Below the pieces are notes generated by a model. It saw nothing but the letters and a program-made list of their open reading frames with translations. It was not told the DNA's origin and ran no database searches. From Amphiscolops sp. MND2022 (taxonomy: Eukaryota): a DNA stretch of 64,000 nucleotides. How positions within the stretch are numbered: the stretch's first letter is position 1; each line of letters starts with the position of its first letter. The stretch is taken from positions 87,794,001 to 87,858,000 of the forward strand of contig OZ076409.1 of NCBI GenBank assembly GCA_964187785.1, written 5' to 3'. Shown here piece after piece: positions 35,818 to 45,631 of this stretch. The translations under genes were made by a program, and so were the position numbers.

Positions 35818-36280
35818 GTTAGAACCAGTTGTTTTTTTTTGTAATTTCACTTTAACGAAATGCTCTTCGGGTTTCTTTTAGTCGGCGCTTTTCTACAGAG
35901 TGAGTTTTATTCATGATACACTTGAACTGTCCAAAATAGTTATGCCAAATGTTCTTCAATTTTTGGCAAAGCCCTTTTGGCCATCTACATACTACATTTG
36001 AGCAGTAAAGGGGTCCCCTTTGACAATAACGCAACCCATAACGGATTTAACGCAAACCGGATAATACGTATACCGGATATAACGGTTCTTAGAGAATTTT
36101 TCGATCTTACAAAAGGGTCGTCCATATGATTTTTAGGATATTTAGGGTTGATACAAAATTATTTGAAGCCAAAGGGTCCACCCGTTGGATTTTTTTCCGG
36201 TAGACATCATAGACATTGTTTTTTTTAACTTGACCAAACATTTTCAGAAAAAAAGTTGATCTGGAAAAAATGAATCATTA

Positions 36281-36581
36281 TTTTTTTGCACATGACGAAG
36301 TCAATGTGCATTGCAGTCCAGCTAGGTAAGTTTTTTTCCACTATAGTCAACTTCATAATGAGCGCCTTTTAGAAAAAAGCCAAAACCCCAGAGAGATTCG
36401 AACCTGCAGCCTCCCGATTGCACGGCACAAGTGTTGACCACTGTGCCATTGGGACGTTATTGAACAAAGTTGAACTGTTGAATATATACGCATGCGATTG
36501 AATATATACGATTTTTCGGCATTCGTCTAGCCATGATTCGTCTTCGTCATGTGTTGCGAAGCACCGCTTCGCCTCTGTGTT
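36281..36581 (+). mobile_element. HINE family B (about 300 bp) with an internal antisense tRNA-like module
   Basis: T-run; 12-bp subTIR CACATGACGAAG (36289-36300) / CTTCGTCATGTG (36542-36553); 3' hairpin GCGAAGC-acc-GCTTCGC; near-identical copy at 41283-41575. Confidence 0.85.
36385..36455 (-). pseudogene. tRNA-derived segment within HINE B (also 41385-41455)
   Basis: Minus strand has A box TGGCACAGTGG and B box GGTTCGAATC, followed by T4 and T6 runs; anticodon arm degenerate. Confidence 0.65.
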
Positions 36582-38155
36582 TGATGTTTCGATTTACGGT
36601 TTTCTGGGTGTATCAGCAGTGTCCACTGGGAACTCTTTAGGAACCATGCAACCCAATATAGAGTGGCAAAAATAGCACGTGTTTCGACTGGGTAGGTTCC
36701 TAACGATGGAGAACCCTGTAAGTACCATTTAGTGCAAGCTGGGTTAGGCCCGTCTTACTCTAAACAATGACTACTATAAGAGTGGTGACATAATTTATGC
36801 AATTAAGCCTTCTGTCTTCTGAAAAGTTTGGTAATCTAGACTGAGATCTGTTTCATCGCGCCCCTCAAGATCTGCCTCTGTCAAAACAGTCCCCGATCGT
36901 CTTTAACCCGGAATGGAGGTTGAAATTTCTGGATGCATCCAAAATTTTGGTGCTTAAACTTTAATCCGCAATATCCTCTAAACTAATCAAGTCCGACAAA
37001 CGATTTATAGCGCGTTCGAATGAAGAGCATCAGATCTTTCAAATCAATTTTTGAACTGAATGGCTGGGGGCACTGGCTCCGGACTCTGCGCCAAAACTTT
37101 GCACGCGTCGTGTCTCTGATTGCTTTTTCAGCATGTTTATTATTTCTGCGATAGCAGGAATATTATTGAAATCTGAAGATGTCTACTTTTTGTCAGTAAA
37201 ATTCTCGCACGATACTGAATAGTTCAGATATTTTGTTCGGCAGTGACTGTAAGCGTGAGAATTAAATTTCTCAAGCTGCCGACGACAATTCAATTCTCGT
37301 GCAATGAAACGAACGAGTGGTAATTATGCATTCGTACGCTGACGTCATTGAGATGAAGCGATTTTTTAACAACAGATTTAAAGGCGGTATAAACTGGTTC
37401 AGTGATTTTTGCGCGCTAAATAATGATTAAACAGGAGTGTATTGGTATTCCAGATATGATTCTATTATTGATGAAAGAGTAAAGCAGAAATAATAGTGTG
37501 CCCCGGAGGGGCCTATTTTTCAAAAGAAGCTGGGGCCGCTTTGACCCAATGTTGATACCTGTGGGAAAAAGGGCCACAAACGAAAACTGGAAAAACGGAA
37601 AATCTGCACTCAATTTTTTTTTTGATTTTTTGATATTAAATTTAAACTTTTTAAAGCCTGAAAGTTTTTTTAATTCGAGAAATCTGATGTTTTTGTTCGA
37701 AAAACAACCTTACGAGCCCCCAAAAATCGAACTTTCTCAAATTTCGACAGTCTAGGGAATTTGGGGAAGTTAAGAATCTTCGTTCTCCTCAATATTGTAG
37801 GTTCTAGTATCCAGAGTTCAACAATCAAATTTGCTATGTATTTGCTATTTTCAAATGAAGAAGATTGAAATAAATCTAAAAGGGTCAATTTTGCAAGTTC
37901 ATGGATAATTTGCTATACTCTAGCCTTAGCGATATATCCTCGCTAGAACAGCATGGGGCAAAAGTTATCCCGGAACAAAGCGGGCCTCTTGTTTCGATTC
38001 CAACGTACCATTTTTTCGGTGTTTTAAACTTTCGATCGCCTTGCGTATTCATTGTATATACTTGCTTCAACTTTTGACTCCGAGAAATATGATATTTAAA
38101 CTCAACTCACTTTGCGATAATCGTCTCAAGCTAAATCACTGGTTGTATTTTTCAG

Positions 38156-38333
38156 AAAATGAAGCGACAAGGTTTTTCGACGAGGCATACCGATTTGCTT
38201 TGGAAAATCAGTATCCGCAGGAACACGCTGACAGGATTATGCATTTCTTCAAGTTTGCAAGTGCTGCTTATGGATGGCCAAACTTCGTCTTTGAGAATCG
38301 ATATAACATTCGCGAAGTTTTCTTCAAATGCAA
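38156..38333 (+). CDS. DAGL: DAGL exon 4
   Basis: TTTCAG acceptor; HFFKFASAAYGWP motif; GTGAGT donor, phase 2. Confidence 0.92.
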
Positions 38334-38539
38334 GTGAGTTTAATTCAGTTCCATACGATTGAGGAAGAAAATTGGTCGAAATAAACCGCGCTAATTCTTT
38401 TTAATGAATTTCGAGTTATTATTGGCGTAGCGAGGTTGAAGCGCAAACTTAGATGGTTTTTCAGACTCCTTTAGTGTTATTTACTTTGTCATGGAATAAA
38501 TATCTAACATGGAATTGAAGAACTACTGTTTGATTTTAG

Positions 38540-38946
38540 AAAGACAGTCAAACCCCATTTAATTTCCCGCGAGGGCGAATGCTTCGGTCATTACCACACA
38601 AAGACTATTCTTAGCCGAGCAGGAATATCTCCTGAAGATTTGATTGTAGTGTCCTTCAATAACACTATCCACGAAGTTCCTTTCTATGTAGCTGTTGATC
38701 ACGAATCGAAAAATATAATTGTTGGGGTGCGCGGCACTCAATCAATTGCTGACGTAATCACCGACATGCTGATAGCTCCTGTTACCATGCTGTGGGGTTA
38801 CCCCGAGACTTTCAGGGCCCATAAAGGGATGTTAGCAGCTGCTAATTACGTGCATGCGAAACTGCGCAGAATTGGTGCTTTAGAATACGCTATTGAAAAC
38901 TGGCCCGGGTATGGCATTGCAGTTTGCGGGCATAGTTTGGGAGCTG
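38540..38946 (+). CDS. DAGL: DAGL exon 5 (lipase class 3 domain, catalytic Ser)
   Basis: EVPFYVAVDH, VRGTQSIADVITD, AHKGM, GHSLGAG; GTAAGT donor, phase 1. Confidence 0.95.
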
Positions 38947-38963
38947 GTAAGTGACTGTGATCG

Positions 38964-39401
38964 TTTTTAGTCGGCGCATTTTCCCTTTAAGGGGACTCTT
39001 ACGCTGACCTTTTTTTCGTCAGATTCACACTGATCGGTCCACTTTTTAGAGAAACTCCTGAAATCACCAAGGCCAAGTCCGGCCAGTGCAAACTTAGTGC
39101 AAAGGGTCCCCCTTTCATTTTACGTTTTTAAGGTAACCTACAAAACCGGACGAGACTAAAGGGTCCCCCTTTCGATTTTTTCAGTACTGTGCGGGTTTTT
39201 GCGAATTGTTTTTAATGTCTCAAACGGGTTCTCCCTTCGAGTTTTTTTGATATTTTTTAACAGAATGTGTTAAAAAATTCCGAAGGATCCCCCTTTGTAG
39301 TTTTCGGCACTGTGACATTTTGCGAAGTTTTTTTCAACAAAAATGTTTTGCGCTTTTTGAGCCTTAGATATAGCGCCGACTTTAGACGTTCTCGTCTTGT
39401 T
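38964..39401 (+). mobile_element. HINE family A, complete copy 17 bp into DAGL intron 5
   Basis: TTTTTAGTCGGCG...CGCCGACTTTAGACGTTCTCGTCTTGTT. Confidence 0.88.
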
Positions 39402-40034
39402 TTTCTATCAGAAACAGGTCATTTTCGTATGAATAAGAAGCATACTTCAATTTGAGTTGACATGTTTGAAAAGTTCGTTGTTACGGCTGTACTACGAGTG
39501 TTGTTTTTATTGGTGAGCGGTTTCGTAGAAAATGCGCAGACTCTAGTAGTGTTTTTTCAAGACCAGCGAACACGTTTCAGGAAACATTTCGACGAGTTTC
39601 TTTCAGTGAGTTCCCCGTGTACGTGGGTTCGAATTCTGCGTTTAAACAAAAAAAATTGTGCTTGCAAAAGTAGAGGGGAGGCCAAAGGGTTTTACTGTCA
39701 TAAATGATTTCGGCTTTGAAAAAAAACGTTTGCGACCTTAAAGCTCCTTTCCGGCATTAAAACATTAACACCCCTCCCCATTAACATCAAAATCTCATAG
39801 GTTACTCTTCGGATATTTATCGGCACTAAATTTGATGAAAATTTCCAGAATGTGTCCCTTTGCATATTTAAAAAAACTTTGCTCTTTTTGAAGCTTGAGA
39901 TTAGTATTATAACACAGCCTTTAGTTGTTCCCGGCTTGTTAGTTCTTGAGAAAGCAAGATTGGGGCGTCGCTTTTGGCGCATACGACTTGTATCATTATT
40001 TTTTTCGGTTTTTCATGCTTTGATTCTTTTTAAG

Positions 40035-40728
40035 GTGTTGCCGCTCTTTTAACGTTCATTCTTCGTCAGCAAGTGGATATCAAGGTTCCCGACATCCATG
40101 GCTACTGCTACGCGCCGCCTGGAGTTTTAGTGTCTGCTGAAGCCGCAGAGTATTCCAAATCCTTCATTTCTTGCGGAGTCGTTGAATGCGACATAGTTCC
40201 TCGGATGTCTTTGGGGGCATTGCGCAGACTGGAACGGGACCTGAATGAGGTTCTATTAGAATGCGAATTGCCGAAAAACAAACTATTTTTTGCCTCCATA
40301 GGTAATTGCGTAGGCCGTGCTCTTCCATGTTTTAAGTGCTTCAAGCAGAAGACAGAGGAAGAGAAGTTAGAAGAACTGAGAAAGAAAAGGAAAAAAGGGA
40401 AGAAAAACAAAAACCCGGAAGAAGAGGAAGATGAAGTAATTTGTGTATCTCCTGGAGACTGTGAGGCCCAAATTGGTTATTCAGATGAGGAAATGAGAAG
40501 CAATCTTCTACCCGTGGACTGTCATTGTGGAATGTCTACTGTTGACAACTCCCGTGCGAATTCACATGTGATTCCACATGAAAGACACGATGCCAGTAAT
40601 GTACATGTTTTAGCCAATGATCCCGGAGCAGTTCCAATTCTGGAGGAGGAAGAAAGAACTGACAAGCCGTCGTCTTCTAACGCTTCTCTTGCAACCGAGG
40701 CACCCAATCGATTGCCCAAACAAGTGAT
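40035..40728 (+). CDS. DAGL: DAGL exon 6 (catalytic Asp and long charged loop)
   Basis: TTTTTAAG acceptor; GVAALLTFIL, YCYAPPG, DIVPRMS; GTAAGT donor, phase 2. Confidence 0.92.
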
Positions 40729-40889
40729 GTAAGTGATTCCTCATTTAATGATCAATTTTTGGAAATTTGATTAATTTTGACCTTAAAATTTTTTGAAATA
40801 CATTCTGCACGCAAGATTTATATTCAGGAAAACAATGGGATCTAACGCTCTAGATCTAATTATTTGACATGGTCAACTGTGAGAATTGT

Positions 40890-41688
40890 CACACTCTTAC
40901 AGTGGCTAGTTTTTTTCGTCAGTTTAACGCGATCGGTCCACTTTTTTTGTTCATTTGTTCAACATCATTCAACTTGAACTACGGACTTCCAAAACATACT
41001 CGAAACGCCAGAACCTCGTCCAAAACAGAAACATCGACGACCAGAACCTCGAAAACATGGGACCCCCCTTGGTGTTTTTCACTCTGAATTTTTTCGGCAC
41101 TATGCGACTTTTTTTGAACTTTTTTGGATTCCACCAAAGGGTCTCCCCTTCGTTTGTTTCGATATTTTGCACCACAATGGATGTCAGAAAATCCCAAAGG
41201 GTCCCCCTTCTACATTTTTCGGCACTGTGACACTTCAAAAATCTCATTTTAAATTTTTTTTCGGAAATTTTTTAAATCTCCCTTTTTGCACATGACGAAG
41301 TCAATGTGCATTGCAGTCCAGCTAAGTAAGTTTTTTTTCACTATAGTCAACTTCATAATGAGCGCCTTTTAGAAAAAAGCCAAAACCCCAGAGAGATTCG
41401 AACCTGCAGCCTCCCGATTGCACGGCATAAGTGTTGACCACTGTGCCATAGGGACGTTATTGAACAAAGTTGAACTGTTGAATATATACGCATGCGATTA
41501 AAATAATATATATAAGAATATTAAAATAATCGATGTCTTCGTCATGTGTTGCGAAGCACCGCTTCGCCTCTGTGTAATGTTTTTTGTTATTTTGCAACCC
41601 ACAGGAGTTTCACGAAGCCCAATGAGTCCCCCCTTTTACAATTTTGAGCCTTGGATATAGCGCCGACTATGGCCGTTCCCGGCTTGTT
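40890..41688 (+). mobile_element. HINE family A copy (5'-clipped) containing HINE B
   Basis: Close match to 32785-33312; ends CGCCGACTATGGCCGTTCCCGGCTTGTT. Confidence 0.85.
41283..41575 (+). mobile_element. HINE family B, second copy
   Basis: Same subTIRs (41289-41300, 41537-41548), hairpin (41551-41567) and tRNA-like module as 36281-36581. Confidence 0.85.
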
Positions 41689-41912
41689 GAGTTTTAGACT
41701 ACCACCATAACACCACTCCCGCCCACTTGTTTCCTTAGGGTTTCGCCAGCTGATATCTTGCTGAGTAAGGCCAAGGAGGAGAAAAAACGTAGCTTAATTT
41801 TATAGGGCGAGTAAGCGTGCGTACAACAGCTATACCAATGGCTTCGTTTAACATCACTTCTGTGAGACATTAATTCAATTCGCGATGCCTTCTAACTTGT
41901 ATTTCGGAGTAC

Positions 41913-42464
41913 TTTTTCGTCGGCGCTCCATGAAGTGAAACGCGACTATACTAGTGGCTTTTTTTCAATCCACACGAACTGACCAAAATAGTTCTTAAAA
42001 GTTCTACCAAATTTTATGGTGTCAAATTGAACCATTTGGCCTAGCGAACTGAAGCAAAAAGGTTTTTCCTTTTTTTCGCGTAACATACAATACCGGGCCA
42101 GAAGACTAAAGGGTCCCTGTTCCAGTTTTTTTCGGCATTGTGGATTTTTTTGGAATTTTTTTCACCAAAGGGCCCCCCTTCAATTTTATTTAAAGTTTTG
42201 CGACAGAAATGTTGAAAAAACCCACAGGGTCCACCCTTCCAGTTTTTTCGGCATTGAGACTTTTTTTTCGAAAAATTTCAAATGACTTCAAAGGGTCTTC
42301 CCTTCAATTTTTCAATGTTTTGCGACGGAAATGTTGAAAAATCCCAAAGGGTCCCCCTTTTAGCGCGCCAATTCGGTCCAACTTTTGACACTTTGAATAC
42401 TTGACACTTTGAAGTCCTTTTGAGCCTCAGATATGGCGCCGACTTATGCCGTTCCCGGCTTGTT
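41913..42464 (+). mobile_element. HINE family A, complete copy
   Basis: TTTTTCGTCGGCG...CGCCGACTTATGCCGTTCCCGGCTTGTT; interior similar to 4286-4714. Confidence 0.85.
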
Positions 42465-42680
42465 CAGATCCCTGTTAGATTTGTGAGTTAGATCTTGATA
42501 GCGGATTCTTTATTAATTTCGTGCCTTTTCAACCTGATGAAAGATGAAACGAATAAAAAAACCTGAATACCCCGGAAATGCATATTCGTTTTCGTCCAAT
42601 TTAAATGTTTTTCATTTTGAAACTTGGAAGCTGAATGCTTTTACTATTATATGGGTAACTTGAGTTCATTGTTGTTTCAG

Positions 42681-43068
42681 AGATAATTCTCAAATAGGCG
42701 CAACGATACCAATGTTTCCACCTGGAGTGACTTTATACTTTGAGCGCTATGACCCCGATCTAGAAGTAGTGGCCAAAGTTCACGGCAGGAAAAAGTTACC
42801 CGAATCTTCGCATTTCGTGAACTATGTCAAAGAATGGAAAGAGTATCGCTATTTTTGGATCAAACAATCGTTTTTTGATCGTATATTCATCACCGACCGA
42901 ATGTTCAAATCACACTTTCCGTATGCTTTGGATTACGCGATTGTTTTGGCTCAACGAAGGATTGATATCTTCACTGATGAGGACGCTTTTCCTAGTCGGT
43001 ATTCCAGAGGAGATTCTACCGGAGACCAAAATGACGATATCATAGAGTTCGAAGGTAGTGTGCAATGA
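42681..43068 (+). CDS. DAGL: DAGL exon 7 (catalytic His); all seven exons total 2358 nt, 785 aa plus stop
   Basis: TTTCAG acceptor; PMFPPG, FDRIFITDRMFKSHFP; splice phases are consistent across all six introns. Confidence 0.9.
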
Positions 43069-43420
43069 AACGCTCTTCTATTTAATATTGAACGACGTAA
43101 TCTTCAATTATTGATCTATCATTTCTCAGTTTATCAAATTGGCGCTCTTAATCGAATTTTTCTTTTTGTTGAATTGTACAGATGTACAGGGTTGCTGCAG
43201 GTATAGCAAAAACGCAATTGTAGATTCTGAAGAATTATTCCCGAGAAGTATTCCGCTCAAACACTGAAAATTGTGTTTCAGGTATTATCATTGGTTTTAC
43301 TGAAGTACTAGGTAGCGACCCTGTTCTGTTTGCGTTTTCTATCTGTTTAATCTATATACCTCTGTTCATATATATCAAATCTTTCGTTCTGTTTCTATCT
43401 CGTGTTGTCTATCGTTCCTC

Positions 43421-45631
43421 ATGGATTTTCTTGCAATAACTATCATCCAGAACAGGGTTTTTATCAAAGGTGACGAAGATTTGTCATCTGGCCGGTGTCC
43501 CCAAGACGCAACCGAAAACTCCGAGTCTTCACATTCTTCCGAGTTTCGTGAGTCATTGACAAGACGCCCTGAGTTATCTAATACGGGAGTCGCGGAGCCA
43601 TCTGCAATGACAGCAGCTCAAACGAAAACCTCCAAATCAGCTGTTGAAGAGGGATCGCTGTTTATTAAAGAACCATCTGTTGATCAGGACATGTTATCAC
43701 CAAGCCGTACCAGTTCCAGGCTTCGAACTTCTGCAGGGTCTAATTCACGCCACTCTTCTATAACAGAAAATTTTCCTACTTCTGTTTTCAAAAGTAAAAC
43801 TAGCGAAGGAAAAACGTCAACGGGAGAACCTGTTGGATCAGAAAGATCTCGAAAAAGAACATCTGATCGAGATAATTCTCGAAGTGGAAGTGGATCTCGT
43901 CGTCGTGAAATATCTCCAACTGAGAAAAAATCCCCTAATGTGGTAAAATCTAATGACGGAAGGTCTCAAACCGAAAGAAAATCAAGTCATCATGAGATAT
44001 CTTCAAACCGTCGAAAACGCAGAATCAGGAGAAAATCGGGTGATCGTGGACAATCCAATGACCGCGAAAGGTCCCCGGGTTACTATCGATCAAGGTCTGG
44101 GAGAAAATTGAATGAGCGTAAAAGATCCAGCGATCGCGAAAAATCCTCAGATCGTCATAGATCTAGAGCTGGAAGAAAACCGGACGATCGTGAGCGGTCC
44201 AGCGACCGCGAAAGGTCATCAGATCGTGATGGATTTAGGTCTGGCAGAAAATCGAATGTGCGTGAAAGATCCAAGGACAACGAAAGATCCTCAGATCGTG
44301 ATAGACCAAGGTCTGGAAGAAAATCGAATGAGCGTAAAAGATCCAGCGACCGCGAAAAATCCTCAGATCGTCATAGATCTAGAGCTGGAAGAAAACCGGA
44401 TGCTCGTGAGCGATCCAGCGACCGCGAAAGATCATCAGATCGTAGTAGATCAAGGTCTCGGAAAAAATTGAATGAGCGTGAAAGATCCAAGGACCGCGAA
44501 AGATCCTCAAATCGTGATGGATCTAGGTCGGGCAGAAAATCGAATGTGCGTGAAAGATCCAAGGACCGCGAAAGATCATCAGATCGTGATAGATCTAGGT
44601 CTGGCAGAAAATCGAATGTGCGTGAAAGATCCAGTGACCGCGAAAAGTCCTCAGATCGTGATAGATCTAGGTCTGAGAAGCAATCCAATGAGCGTGAAAG
44701 ATCCAGAGACGGCGGAATATCCTCAGATCGTGGTAGATCAAGAGCTGGGAGAAAACCGCATGATCGTGAACGATCCAGCGACCTTGAAAGATCCAGATCC
44801 CGAACTGAGGAAAAATCTGATCATCTCGAACAATCCCCAAATCGTGAACAAACCAGTGATCGCGAAAGATTTTCAGATCGTGATAGATCTAGGTCTGGGA
44901 GAAATTTGAATAAGCATGAAATACCTGGGTCTCCAGCTGGAACAAAACAAGGTCATCGCGGCAAATCCCGAAATCGTGGAAGATCTAGAGCCAGAAAAAG
45001 ATCGATTGATCGTGAAAGGTCCTCAGATCCTGACGGATCTGGAACTGACAGAAAATTGGGTAGTCGTGAAAGATCTCGTGCTGAGAAAAAATCTGGTTAT
45101 CTCGAAAGATCCTCAAACCTTGACAAATCTCTAACTAGGTCAAAATCCCGTGTTCTTGAAAGGAAATCTACCAGAAGATCTCGTGTCAGAAAAAGATCGG
45201 TATCTGGTAGCAAAGGATCCCGTCGTGGCAAGAGATCAGAATATGGCAGTAAAAGATCTAGCAGCCAAAGATCGAAGTCCGACAGTAAAAACTCTGGTAA
45301 ACGTCACAAGACATCTCGCAGTATAACACAATCAGGATCTGGCAGTAACCGAAAATCTGGATCTAGTGGCAAAAATATGGGCGCAGTTGGTAAAGGGTCC
45401 CAAGAAAGAGATTACAGCCAATGGTCCAGTGATGCATTGTCTGAAAAAGGAACAATGATGGGTAAAGGATCATCTAACGAAATGAAAGTATTGTCTCGGG
45501 GCAAGGTATCGTCCAACTCTATCGGAAAAAGCAGTGTCAGTAATCGCCATGCGTCTGATCATCAAAAACGGAGAAGAAAAGCCAAGAGGGGACAACGTAC
45601 TAGGATTGATACTCAAGAAACGTCAGTGTAA
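43421..45631 (+). CDS. 736-aa Arg/Ser/Asp/Glu-rich low-complexity ORF; true start uncertain
   Basis: 2.2-kb stop-free frame covering non-repetitive N- and C-terminal parts; the other frames are interrupted by stops. Confidence 0.7.
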   Translation: MDFLAITIIQNRVFIKGDEDLSSGRCPQDATENSESSHSSEFRESLTRRPELSNTGVAEPSAMTAAQTKTSKSAVEEGSLFIKEPSVDQDMLSPSRTSSRLRTSAGSNSRHSSITENFPTSVFKSKTSEGKTSTGEPVGSERSRKRTSDRDNSRSGSGSRRREISPTEKKSPNVVKSNDGRSQTERKSSHHEISSNRRKRRIRRKSGDRGQSNDRERSPGYYRSRSGRKLNERKRSSDREKSSDRHRSRAGRKPDDRERSSDRERSSDRDGFRSGRKSNVRERSKDNERSSDRDRPRSGRKSNERKRSSDREKSSDRHRSRAGRKPDARERSSDRERSSDRSRSRSRKKLNERERSKDRERSSNRDGSRSGRKSNVRERSKDRERSSDRDRSRSGRKSNVRERSSDREKSSDRDRSRSEKQSNERERSRDGGISSDRGRSRAGRKPHDRERSSDLERSRSRTEEKSDHLEQSPNREQTSDRERFSDRDRSRSGRNLNKHEIPGSPAGTKQGHRGKSRNRGRSRARKRSIDRERSSDPDGSGTDRKLGSRERSRAEKKSGYLERSSNLDKSLTRSKSRVLERKSTRRSRVRKRSVSGSKGSRRGKRSEYGSKRSSSQRSKSDSKNSGKRHKTSRSITQSGSGSNRKSGSSGKNMGAVGKGSQERDYSQWSSDALSEKGTMMGKGSSNEMKVLSRGKVSSNSIGKSSVSNRHASDHQKRRRKAKRGQRTRIDTQETSV
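44021..44800 (+). repeat. Coding tandem repeat, about 10 units of 72 bp (24 aa) built from 18-bp subunits
   Basis: Units start every 72 nt from 44093 to 44741; consensus RSGRKSNERERSSDRERSSDRDRS. Confidence 0.9.

Noticed and set aside
36385..36455. Functional tRNA gene
   Set aside because: D, anticodon and T stems pair poorly and the segment is embedded in a repeated element.
36600..37360. Minus-strand decayed coding-like tract with EFPVDTA (gag-protease-like)
   Set aside because: Many stops and no decisive motif.
42534..42560. CTGATGA...GAAAC hammerhead-like core
   Set aside because: No stems I, II or III can be formed around it; the same holds for CTGATGA near 35451 and 46520.
44021..44909. 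Regular repeats as a CRISPR array, and alternative-frame ORFs (MSVKDP..., MDCFSDLDLS...)
   Set aside because: Contiguous 72-bp coding repeats with no unique spacers; the alternative ORFs are by-products of the repeat.
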